Of a stretch of 64,000 nucleotides of DNA, positions 47,133-55,883 are shown in pieces. How positions within the stretch are numbered: position 1 is the stretch's first letter; each line of letters begins with the position of its first letter. The translations under genes and the position numbers were made by a program. The stretch is from Actinomycetota bacterium (GTDB lineage: Bacteria > Actinomycetota > Actinomycetes > Nanopelagicales > Nanopelagicaceae), in the NCBI GenBank assembly GCA_009699205.1, contig WLOP01000004.1:49212-113211 (forward strand), read 5' to 3'. The notes beneath the pieces are model-generated. The model made no database searches. It saw nothing but the letters and a program-made list of their open reading frames with translations, and was not told the DNA's origin.

Positions 47133-47486
47133 TTAAGGCAAATAAATATCGTCGCCTTCTTGAAATGCTGGACCATTGATTACTAGGTACTTTCCTTTAC
47201 CGAAAAAGTCGTAAGCCTTGGAACGGCCAATAACAACAACATCGCCTGCACTTGCGCAAATCTCTGCCTCAGAAACTACATGGAAAGTAAATATACCTTC
47301 GAGTATGTAATAAACCCGCGTGCTCTTGTTGGTCATGAGCCGACGATGCTTCCCATCAATTTCTACCCATGTGAGACTCAGGTCAAGGCCATGGTTTTTT
47401 GTAGATACCAACTGCCGGAAACTTAAGTCATTAGATTCTTCATGTACTAGTTCTACTTCTTTGGCGACTATGTGGTTAACGCTCAT
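47133..47486 (-). CDS. cupin-domain protein
   Basis: 117 aa small beta-barrel protein of the cupin_2 type. I recognised no metal-site residues with confidence. Confidence 0.6.
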   Translation of the reverse strand: MSVNHIVAKEVELVHEESNDLSFRQLVSTKNHGLDLSLTWVEIDGKHRRLMTNKSTRVYYILEGIFTFHVVSEAEICASAGDVVVIGRSKAYDFFGKGKYLVINGPAFQEGDDIYLP

Positions 47487-47520
47487 GATTTATTCCCATT
47501 CTTGAGCTAGCAGCGAATTG

Positions 47521-47565
47521 CGTGAAAGAAAAGAAATGGCCTTCGGCAATCATTCGCCGAAGGCC
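47521..47565 (-). terminator. Rho-independent terminator after the ABC substrate-binding protein gene
   Basis: A perfect 10-bp stem GGCCTTCGGC (47538-47547) pairs with GCCGAAGGCC (47556-47565) around an 8-nt loop. On the minus strand the hairpin is followed by ATTTCTTTTCTTTC. Confidence 0.8.
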
Positions 47566-47584
47566 ACTTCTCACCGTATGTTGA

Positions 47585-48520
47585 TTAGGTCCAGGAGGAT
47601 GTAACCGATACAGATTGGAGACCCATCTTGCGAGCATCGTTGCCCACATACTTGTCCCAAAGTCCTGCGAGGTTGTTATGTGAAGTCTCGTAGCGCAACC
47701 ATGTGTCTACGTAGTGCTTCATTGCGAAATCGCCTGCTGGCATAAAGAAGCTGTTCTCATCAACGAAAACAGGCTTGCCTTTGAAAACAGTCAACTTAGG
47801 TTGGTTCTTAACTGCATCTGCAACTTCGAATTCTCCGACGACCATCGCGCTTGAACGTCCTGCGCTAACATCTGCAAGAGCTGCTTGGTTAGCAAGCTTC
47901 TTGAGCTTGGCTTTTGGATAGAGAATCTTTGCAGCAGACTCTTGGGATGACCCAAGGACTACAGCGATTGTTACTGATGCACTATTGAGTTGGCTCAATG
48001 AGGTGATCTTAAAGCCAGGCTTCAAGAGCACAACGTTTGATTCAACGAATGCTGGTGCGCCAGCGAAGAGAACCTTCTGCGCACGCTCTGGCTTGATAGT
48101 GGCAGCGATACCTGACATATCAAACTTTCCTGCAGCCTGTCCGGCGAAAAGTTCTCCGAATGGAATTTCAACCCATTTTGGAGTAGCGCCGAGTGATGCT
48201 GCCAACTTATTTGCAAGATCAACAATGTATCCGGTTGGAACTCCTGCTGCAGTCTTGTACTGAAGTGGCTTGAAAGTTAAGTCAACACCAAAGCTGATTT
48301 CCTTGGTTGCTAATACTTTGTCAAGAATTGAATCATAGCTAGTTGCGTTTACTCCACCTTTGCGAGGTGTTGCAGTTACTGCACTCGCAGTTGATGGCAT
48401 TGCAAGTCCTGTGAGTGCACTAGCACCTAGTGCGAGTCCGGCGCCTTTGATAAAACGACGACGATCTGTTACCTGGGAAGTGCTTGTTGCATCATCTGTC
48501 GTAGGTACAACTTTAGACAT
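47585..48520 (-). CDS. polar amino acid ABC transporter substrate-binding protein, Tat-exported
   Basis: 311 aa with the twin-arginine signal TDRRRFIKGAGLALGASA. The mature part has the type 3 SBP layout. Confidence 0.85.
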   Translation of the reverse strand: MSKVVPTTDDATSTSQVTDRRRFIKGAGLALGASALTGLAMPSTASAVTATPRKGGVNATSYDSILDKVLATKEISFGVDLTFKPLQYKTAAGVPTGYIVDLANKLAASLGATPKWVEIPFGELFAGQAAGKFDMSGIAATIKPERAQKVLFAGAPAFVESNVVLLKPGFKITSLSQLNSASVTIAVVLGSSQESAAKILYPKAKLKKLANQAALADVSAGRSSAMVVGEFEVADAVKNQPKLTVFKGKPVFVDENSFFMPAGDFAMKHYVDTWLRYETSHNNLAGLWDKYVGNDARKMGLQSVSVTSSWT

Positions 48521-48656
48521 GTAGCTCCCTCTCGTATTCGGAAATCGGTCAGTCGAGACACGCTGACCTATTCGGTTTCAAGCAATTCAATACTTGCGCA
48601 AGTGAAGTGTCAATAAGTAAATGCAAAAAAGAAATGCAAATCTTCGTTACAAAGCC

Positions 48657-49358
48657 CTACGAAGCAGTATTTACAGGGGTTTGTGCGCTATGCGCAGAAA
48701 GTTTCTTTTCTAGAATTGCAATACCTCTCGAAACGGTTAGTACTGCAAGCAAGTAAAGAAATCCTGCGAATGTGTAAAACTCAAATGGCCGGTAATGTAA
48801 ATCAGCAAGTTGTTGTGTTTCGCGCATTAATTCTGGAACGCCAACGATACTTAGGATTGCAGTGTCTTTAATTGCATCTACATATTGATTTCCAAGAGGT
48901 GGAATTATTATTCGGAATGCTTGAGGCAAAACAATTGTCCGCGTAACTTCACGCTTGCTCAAGCCAAGTGCCATACCAGCTTCAACCTGGCCTCGATCAA
49001 TGGCTGTGATTCCAGATCTAAAAGTTTCTGCTAAATAGCCACTGTTCAATAGGCCTAGCGTTACTACCCCAGCCATGATTGCGGGCATATTTATTCCAAC
49101 CGCGATTGCAAGGCCGAAGTAAACCCAAATTACTAAGACATATAGCGGGATTCCGCGAAAGAGTTGCGTATATATGAATGCAAAAGTCTTTATCGCCTTC
49201 ACTGATGACAGGCGCATAAGAGCAACAATAAGACCAAGAATGATCGCAATAATAATTGCTGCCGTTGCGCAGAACATCGCAAGACCGAAACCTTTGAGAA
49301 GGATTCCCATGCTTGACCAGACTGAGGTGAAATCAAAGAAAGGTTCGGCGCTAACCAT
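48657..49358 (-). CDS. amino acid ABC transporter permease (His/Glu/Gln/Arg/opine family)
   Basis: 233 aa with the EAA-loop-like ..EAGMALGLSKREVTRTIVLPQA.. Confidence 0.88.
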   Translation of the reverse strand: MVSAEPFFDFTSVWSSMGILLKGFGLAMFCATAAIIIAIILGLIVALMRLSSVKAIKTFAFIYTQLFRGIPLYVLVIWVYFGLAIAVGINMPAIMAGVVTLGLLNSGYLAETFRSGITAIDRGQVEAGMALGLSKREVTRTIVLPQAFRIIIPPLGNQYVDAIKDTAILSIVGVPELMRETQQLADLHYRPFEFYTFAGFLYLLAVLTVSRGIAILEKKLSAHSAQTPVNTAS

Positions 49359-50034
49359 GTGCGCGACTCCTTCCTAGACGGCGTTCTAAGAGATAAGCAA
49401 AACCTGAAATCGACAAGGTCAAACAGACGAAAATTAAACCAGCGACCGTGTAGAGCTCGAAGGGTGTGAAGGTATCCAGGGAAACATATTGAGCGACATA
49501 AATCATGTCCGATACACCAATTACAGAAACAATTGTCGCACCTTTAAGCAAACCGACATATACGTTCACAGTTGGAGGAATAACTACACGCAAAGCTTGG
49601 GGCAAAACTACTCCGCGAAAAACTTGTCCTTTATTTAACCCGATTGCTAAGCCTGCCTCGGTCTGCCCGACGGAGACAGCGAGTAAACCGCCACGGAAAA
49701 CTTCCGCCATATACGCGCCACCCGTTATTCCGAGGGCAAGTGCGCCCGCCTGAAATTCAGTGAGAAGTATGTTGAACTTCAGAGATAGGCCGTAATAAAC
49801 CCAAAAAAGAAGGACAAAGAGTGGAATCGAGCGACATAGTTGCACGGCAGCATTAGAGATCCGGCTTACAAACTTGTTCGTGCTTAGTCGACCAACGGCC
49901 ATCATCAAACCAAAGATAAGCGCTAGCGCCATTCCCACTGCCGAGATTTCTAAAGTTATCGACAAGCCCTTGAGCAATTCGGGCATGTATTTATCGATGA
50001 CATTCCAGTCAATCTTGTACGAGTTTGTTTTCAT
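49351..50034 (-). CDS. amino acid ABC transporter permease (His/Glu/Gln/Arg/opine family)
   Basis: 227 aa with ..EAGLAIGLNKGQVFRGVVLPQA... It overlaps both neighbouring genes. Confidence 0.88.
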   Translation of the reverse strand: MKTNSYKIDWNVIDKYMPELLKGLSITLEISAVGMALALIFGLMMAVGRLSTNKFVSRISNAAVQLCRSIPLFVLLFWVYYGLSLKFNILLTEFQAGALALGITGGAYMAEVFRGGLLAVSVGQTEAGLAIGLNKGQVFRGVVLPQALRVVIPPTVNVYVGLLKGATIVSVIGVSDMIYVAQYVSLDTFTPFELYTVAGLIFVCLTLSISGFAYLLERRLGRSRAHG

Positions 50035-50855
50035 TAGTTCAAAATGGCCGAAAGGAAGGCTTTAGTCCGAGCCTCAATTGGATTGCGGATTTGCTCAGGT
50101 GTACCAATTTCCACGATCTTGCCTTGGTCCATGAAAACAATGCGGTGAGCAACCTGGAATGCAAAGTTCATTTCGTGCGTAACGATCACCATCGTCATTC
50201 CTGTTCCTGCGAGGCGTCTGATTTCTTCAAGAATTCCACTCACGAGTTCTGGGTCTAGCGATGAGGTGGCTTCATCAAAGAGCATCACCTTCGGCTTAAG
50301 TGCAAGCGCACGTGCAATCGCCACGCGTTGTTTCTGGCCACCAGATAATTTCTCAGGGTACTGATCAAATTTATCTGATAGCCCTACCTGGCTCAATGCA
50401 CTCTCTGCAGCTTTACGCGCTTCGGCCTTGCTCATCTTGCGCACTTTGGTGAGACCGAGCATTACGTTTTGGGCTGCAGTCATATGTGGGAAAACGTTGA
50501 AGTTCTGAAAAACCATTCCAATGTCACTGCGAAGGGTCGTCAACTTCTTTTGATACCTCTTATTAGCTAAAAAATTGATCTTTGAATGGAAAGTCTTCCA
50601 AGTATGTCCTTCAAAAATTACAGCGCCCGTATCTGGTGCGGCGATAAAGTTGATGCATCGTAATAATGTGCTCTTACCTGACCCACTTGGTCCGATGATC
50701 GCAACAACTTCGCCTTCGGCAACATCAAGAGTGATTCCATCTAATACTTTATGGGTTCCGAAGCTCTTCGAGACATCTTTTAATTGGAGAAAAAAGGTAG
50801 ACCCGGTGCTCGTAGTTGAAGTGTTGTCATTCATTGCGTCAAAGAACTCCCTCAC
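50034..50855 (-). CDS. amino acid ABC transporter ATP-binding protein
   Basis: It has Walker [10 protein letters not shown], the signature [15 protein letters not shown] and Walker [14 protein letters not shown]. Confidence 0.92.
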   Translation of the reverse strand: MREFFDAMNDNTSTTSTGSTFFLQLKDVSKSFGTHKVLDGITLDVAEGEVVAIIGPSGSGKSTLLRCINFIAAPDTGAVIFEGHTWKTFHSKINFLANKRYQKKLTTLRSDIGMVFQNFNVFPHMTAAQNVMLGLTKVRKMSKAEARKAAESALSQVGLSDKFDQYPEKLSGGQKQRVAIARALALKPKVMLFDEATSSLDPELVSGILEEIRRLAGTGMTMVIVTHEMNFAFQVAHRIVFMDQGKIVEIGTPEQIRNPIEARTKAFLSAILN

Positions 50856-51008
50856 GAGATCAAAGTGAGTGAGAAATATTATCTCGCTCCTATTCTTACT
50901 GTAACGAGAATATTTTTTCTATTCAAGGAAGTAACGCATGACTCGACCTAATTAGGCGTGGATTCTGGCCGTGGTTCGCTAGCCGTACAAGTGAGCGAAA
51001 AAGCAGAA

Positions 51009-52838
51009 CTACAGCCCCATTAGTTTTGCTTGTCGGTCAAAATCAGGAACACTCTTGCGGACTTCCTCAAAGGTGCCCTGAGCTAATACTTTTCCTTCAG
51101 AGAGATAAACCACGATATCGGCATTTCTTACTGTCGAAAGTCGATGAGCGATCATGACAACAGTTGTAGAACCTCGCAACGCGTGGATTGCCTCCGAGAT
51201 GCTTGCTTCCGTTTCACCATCGAGTGAACTTGTTGCTTCATCAAGCACCAACAAATGCGGTTTGGTAAACATCGCACGAGCAATCCCGAGACGTTGTCGT
51301 TGTCCCCCACTGATTTTCGCGCCACGTTCGCCAACCTGCGTATCAACTCCATCTGGTAATTCAGCAACGAATCTATCAAGGTGAGCAACCTTCAAAGCAC
51401 TCATAACTAACTCGTCAGTAGCAACTTCCGCTGGATAACCCAGAGCGACATTTTCGCGGATTGTCCCGGCAGCAATCACAACATCTTGCGGGACATACGA
51501 GACGGCACCTGGCCATTTTGCAACTGCAAGCAATGGAGGTAATCCAGAAATCAATACAGACCCTTCGTCTGGATTTAGGACTCCAAGTAAAACATCGATA
51601 ATTGTGGTTTTGCCAGCACCTGATGGACCGACAAAAGCGACGGAGGCTCCAGTTGGTATGTGCAGAGATATTTCTGAGATTGCTTTGTTGGCCTTGCTTT
51701 CATACGTGAAACTAACCTTATCTACCTGAATTTGTGCGACAAAACCTTCGTGTACCGTATTAACTGAATCATCTACATTTTCTATGTTTGGCTCAGTACC
51801 CAGTTCTGCGATTAGTTCCAATGTCGGCGTTGCTTGGCCTAAGGCAATGCTAATTGCAATCATCGCTTGTTGAACTCTGAGGACCGCCGGCGCTATACGG
51901 GTTCCTGCGGCGAGAAAAATGGCAAACGAAGATGCGGCTTCTGATGCATCCAACATGAGAAATTCAGCCGCTCCAACTAACAAAGCACCAAAAATTACTG
52001 TAGTTTCAATAACATATTTACTCACGTAGGGCATGAAATTCATCTCCGCCGAAGTTTCAGCTAAATCAATTCTGAGCTTAGTGATTTCACGCGCATAGTA
52101 GGCACGACGGTTACGAACTACTGATTCTCGATAAGAAGAAAATACTTCTACAACTTTCTCATTGCTCTTAATATTTAATTCGGAGTTCTTTGTTCCCACC
52201 TCTTGAGCTCTTACATGCATAATCTTGTATAACGCGAAACCGATAAAGAGGACTAGTAATAGTATCCCCATAGAAGTTACTGGATCAAGGATAAACAAAC
52301 CTATCCCCAAAATTATCAGAAGTGAAAAATCCGCGATGAGGACGATTGAAGTAGCCAAGACTTGGAGAGCCACCAATTCAACACCCCGGGTCGCTGCGTA
52401 CAAAGTCTCTTGCGAAGTGCGAGATTGAACTTTCTCTAAAGGTCTCGCGAGTAATGCAGAGATCAAGTTAGCTGAAATTTCGGCTCCACGACCGCTGAGA
52501 AAAAATAGAGTTCGTCGTGTAAAAAAGATTGAAAGTACAGTACGACTAACTAATATTAATACCGCCCCGATTCCCAAAATGGCGACCTGAGACTGTAATG
52601 GCTGATTAGATATACCCAGGAACTCAAGCGTAGACATCATTCGTCCATTTGACTGAGTTGATTGCAGGCTTTGGACCGAAAGTGCCACGAGCATTCCGAT
52701 GGCTATCACGCCAAAGAGGTCAAGAATATTTAAGAAAGTCTGTAAGCACGCGACAACGAACATCCGACGTTGATCACGTTTATTAAGAATGCGGAAACAA
52801 CGCAGAAAACCATCTCTCTGTTGTTTGGAGCGCGTCAT
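51009..52838 (-). CDS. ABC exporter, fused permease/ATPase (MsbA-like)
   Basis: 609 aa. A six-TM N-terminal half is followed by GPSGAGKTT, ISGGQRQRLGIARA and [11 protein letters not shown]. Confidence 0.88.
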   Translation of the reverse strand: MTRSKQQRDGFLRCFRILNKRDQRRMFVVACLQTFLNILDLFGVIAIGMLVALSVQSLQSTQSNGRMMSTLEFLGISNQPLQSQVAILGIGAVLILVSRTVLSIFFTRRTLFFLSGRGAEISANLISALLARPLEKVQSRTSQETLYAATRGVELVALQVLATSIVLIADFSLLIILGIGLFILDPVTSMGILLLVLFIGFALYKIMHVRAQEVGTKNSELNIKSNEKVVEVFSSYRESVVRNRRAYYAREITKLRIDLAETSAEMNFMPYVSKYVIETTVIFGALLVGAAEFLMLDASEAASSFAIFLAAGTRIAPAVLRVQQAMIAISIALGQATPTLELIAELGTEPNIENVDDSVNTVHEGFVAQIQVDKVSFTYESKANKAISEISLHIPTGASVAFVGPSGAGKTTIIDVLLGVLNPDEGSVLISGLPPLLAVAKWPGAVSYVPQDVVIAAGTIRENVALGYPAEVATDELVMSALKVAHLDRFVAELPDGVDTQVGERGAKISGGQRQRLGIARAMFTKPHLLVLDEATSSLDGETEASISEAIHALRGSTTVVMIAHRLSTVRNADIVVYLSEGKVLAQGTFEEVRKSVPDFDRQAKLMGL

Positions 52839-52915
52839 AATTTACAATCCTAGCAATATGTCACGCCGAAACCTATCAACCTACAATTCCTAAATTTAGA
52901 TACAATTCTCGAATC

Positions 52916-54028
52916 ATGAGAATTCTTATTTCGATCGGAACCTTGGGGTTGGGCGGGGCTGAAAAGCAGGCAGTTTGGCTTGCAAATCAATTATCCAAAA
53001 CTCATGAAGTACTCCTGGTAACCATGCAAGCTGGACCTCGAGAATCGAATCTCTCTTCAAACCTTACTTGGAGAAACCTATCTGCATCTAGCGAAAGCAA
53101 ATTTTCAAAAAATCTATTTCGCTTCCGTAGAAAGCGAGTCGCAAGAAGCGTCGAAGGGTTCACGCTCTTCCTAAAATCATGGGCGATTTTGCAAAGGTAT
53201 CAACCGGATATTGTCATCACATTCCTACTTCACGATACAATTATTGTAGGTCTTGGAACAATTCTCAGTTTTCATCGAACCAAACTATTGGTTGGCCGTA
53301 GATCCTCGATCGGCTACGGGATCAAAGGCCAGGCGCCTATAAAGAGAATGCTCCTGCGACTTGTTTATCTTCGCGCCAATTTAGCAATTACTAATTCTGA
53401 AAGTAGTTTTCCAGCAGCAATCGCAGACGGTATCTCAAAAAGCAAATTACTAACCATTCCCAATTATGTTGAACCAATCAGTGCTAGGCATCAAAAAAAT
53501 GATGGTGGTCCTATAAAGTTATTATGCGTCGCAAATTTTTTCGATTACAAGAATCACATTGCAATTGTTGAAGCTATTTCGTTAAGTGAAGAGCTAATTA
53601 GCAATATACAAATATCCTTTGTGGGAGAAGGACCACTGCGGGAAGAAATTTCAAACCTTTGTTCAAGCAAGGATCTGAATTGCAAATTCTTTGACCGTAT
53701 GGTTCCGGATTCGGCATTTTATTGCGGGTATGATGCGTTCGTATTAACAAGTTTCCACGAGGGATCGAGCAACGCATTGCTAGAAGCATTGGCAGCCGGC
53801 CTTCCGGCAGTTGTTTCAAATGTAGGATTTGTCCCACAGCTTTTGCTTGATGGCGCACCATTAATTGTTGTTGATCCAAAATCAACTGAAAGCATACTAA
53901 AAGGCCTCATCAGTTTGACTTCTAATTATCAAGAATATGAAATCTCTGCTAAAGAATATCAGCGTCCATTTTACGGACTTTACGGTGAAGAAAACGTATT
54001 AAGTAAATGGAATGAAATTCTTATTTAA
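52916..54028 (+). CDS. glycosyltransferase family 4 (GT-B)
   Basis: 370 aa with the N-terminal GGAEKQ motif and the C-terminal EGSSNALLEALAAGLP (E-x7-E). Confidence 0.85.
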   Translation: MRILISIGTLGLGGAEKQAVWLANQLSKTHEVLLVTMQAGPRESNLSSNLTWRNLSASSESKFSKNLFRFRRKRVARSVEGFTLFLKSWAILQRYQPDIVITFLLHDTIIVGLGTILSFHRTKLLVGRRSSIGYGIKGQAPIKRMLLRLVYLRANLAITNSESSFPAAIADGISKSKLLTIPNYVEPISARHQKNDGGPIKLLCVANFFDYKNHIAIVEAISLSEELISNIQISFVGEGPLREEISNLCSSKDLNCKFFDRMVPDSAFYCGYDAFVLTSFHEGSSNALLEALAAGLPAVVSNVGFVPQLLLDGAPLIVVDPKSTESILKGLISLTSNYQEYEISAKEYQRPFYGLYGEENVLSKWNEILI

Positions 54029-54127
54029 TTCCAATTATTCGATTTCATGTATATCGGCTAAAACCAAAATTCAAACTTGATTTTTGCTAATTACTTTTTT
54101 GGGGAGATTACTCTGTGCAAGACATTC

Positions 54128-54916
54128 TCAGCGTCTTTTAAATAGCCGAAATACCTGTCTCGCAAACAGAACGAGCTTAAAGCGAAAAAATGGTCGCTCC
54201 TGTTCCAAAATTAAAGTTGCCCATTTATAAAATAACTCTGAGCCTTTAGGTCGCCGTAATTCTCGTCGGAAGTTCTCTTTTGAATCGATTCGAAGGGGCA
54301 ATTGGGAGATTACTCTCTGAAGCGTTACAGAATACTGACGCAAATCTATGGTGAACGAATCAGGTCCACCCTTTTCCGTGAAAAGTAATTTTGGATAAAT
54401 ATCTTTGATCACTTTGTGCAAAACACTTTTTCGCCCAGCAAGCCCTCTTCCCCAACCAGGGATAATCGCATACTGCGTATCTTCGATCATTATAAAGCCG
54501 CCAACCTTCAACAGCTCAGAATAAATCTGGAAATTTTGCCACACGTCATTTTGAATATGGGAGGCATCTTCAATAATCAAATCGTATGGACCAAATTCAC
54601 TAGCCTTAGTCCAAATTTCCGGATGTGTTGAGTTTCCTTTAATAAAATTAATTCCATCCGGTAATTTGCCGCTGGGTGGGTGAATGTCTATTCCAATCAC
54701 AGTGCTACCCGCAGGCAGAATATTTCTTAGAAAAACTAGGTTTCCTCCACGTTGGGTGCCAATTTCAAGCACTGTGACCGAGCGCCCATTAAATGTATTG
54801 AAAATTTCGGATAATGTTTCGAAATAGACATTCAACTTATCGCTACCTAGGCTTGAGGACGTGTCTAGCCATTTTTCCAATAAATATTGCGAGCTATAAG
54901 TTATCTCAGAAGTCAT
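54128..54916 (-). CDS. class I SAM-dependent methyltransferase, CmcI/rhamnosyl-O-methyltransferase-like
   Basis: 262 aa with ..VTVLEIGTQRGGNLVFL.. and ..DLIIEDASH.., which resemble the CmcI (cephalosporin hydroxylase) family. Confidence 0.65.
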   Translation of the reverse strand: MTSEITYSSQYLLEKWLDTSSSLGSDKLNVYFETLSEIFNTFNGRSVTVLEIGTQRGGNLVFLRNILPAGSTVIGIDIHPPSGKLPDGINFIKGNSTHPEIWTKASEFGPYDLIIEDASHIQNDVWQNFQIYSELLKVGGFIMIEDTQYAIIPGWGRGLAGRKSVLHKVIKDIYPKLLFTEKGGPDSFTIDLRQYSVTLQRVISQLPLRIDSKENFRRELRRPKGSELFYKWATLILEQERPFFRFKLVLFARQVFRLFKRR

Positions 54917-54995
54917 TGCAATTTTGCTTTTCTGAAGTACATACGCTTCGAGCCTAAAGAAGAATTATCCAGAAATGGATTCAGAAAAGTGAAGT

Positions 54996-55883
54996 TCATA
55001 AGTTCACCAATCCGGTTGCGGGTTCAAGCATTAGTAAGAGTTTTTTTCCATAGTCCGAATTCTGATAATTACCAATGTTTTTTATGAACTTTTGCGTGCT
55101 TATTAAACCTAACCGCCACGCTACTTCGTCTGGACTTCCTATGAGTAAGCCCTGTCGCTCTTGCAAAACTTGAACGAAATTCGAAGCTCCCAATAATCCA
55201 TTGGACGTGCCTGTGTCTAACCAAGCGGTGCCGCGTGCCAGCATTCTTAGGTCTAAGCGCTTTTTGTCGATATAAGAATTTAGTAAATCTGCTATTTCTA
55301 ATTCATTTCTAGCGGACGGCTTTAATTCGATTACTCTTTCAAAAACATCTGATGGGAAACGATACAAGCCAGGGATCGCCATTTTGCTTACAAATTCTTG
55401 CGGTTTTTCGACAATTCGCTTAGGTAGGCCAAATTCATCAAATGAAACTACGCCAAATTCTGAAGGGTTAGAAACTTCGTAGGCAAATGAAATTGCATAT
55501 CCGGGGGTCGATTCGGCGAAAATATTCTGCCCCAAACCAGGGCCGTAGAAAAAATTGTCCCCGAGAATTAGAACACAGGGTTCCGAAGTATCGAGGATTT
55601 CTGAAGCAACAGTAAAAGCATGTGGAATTCCCAACGGTTCTTCTTGGACGGCGTAGGAAATCGAAATGCCCCATTGAGAACCATTCCCTAGGAGCGCCTG
55701 ATGTGCATGCAAGGCAGATGGAGCAGTGACGACTGCTATTTTCCTGACGCCACTCAGCATTAATGTTGACAGTGGGTAATAAACTAAAGGCTTGTCATAT
55801 ACTGGTAAAAGTTGTTTGCTTGTAGCCAAAGTGATTGGCCAGAGCCGCTTACCAAGACCGCCAGAAAGGAGAATGCCCTGCAT
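54996..55883 (-). CDS. rfbA: glucose-1-phosphate thymidylyltransferase
   Basis: 295 aa, beginning MQGILLSGGLGKRLWPITLATSKQLLPVYDKPLVYYPLS, the typical RmlA N-terminus. Confidence 0.92.
   Translation of the reverse strand: MQGILLSGGLGKRLWPITLATSKQLLPVYDKPLVYYPLSTLMLSGVRKIAVVTAPSALHAHQALLGNGSQWGISISYAVQEEPLGIPHAFTVASEILDTSEPCVLILGDNFFYGPGLGQNIFAESTPGYAISFAYEVSNPSEFGVVSFDEFGLPKRIVEKPQEFVSKMAIPGLYRFPSDVFERVIELKPSARNELEIADLLNSYIDKKRLDLRMLARGTAWLDTGTSNGLLGASNFVQVLQERQGLLIGSPDEVAWRLGLISTQKFIKNIGNYQNSDYGKKLLLMLEPATGLVNL

Noticed and set aside
50856-51008. Distal att-like repeat of the tRNA-Thr 3' end at the left border of the glycan island.
   Set aside because: By eye, no segment matches AGCCCCTGGTCGGAATCGAACC or its complement. 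This needs a proper alignment before the idea is excluded completely.
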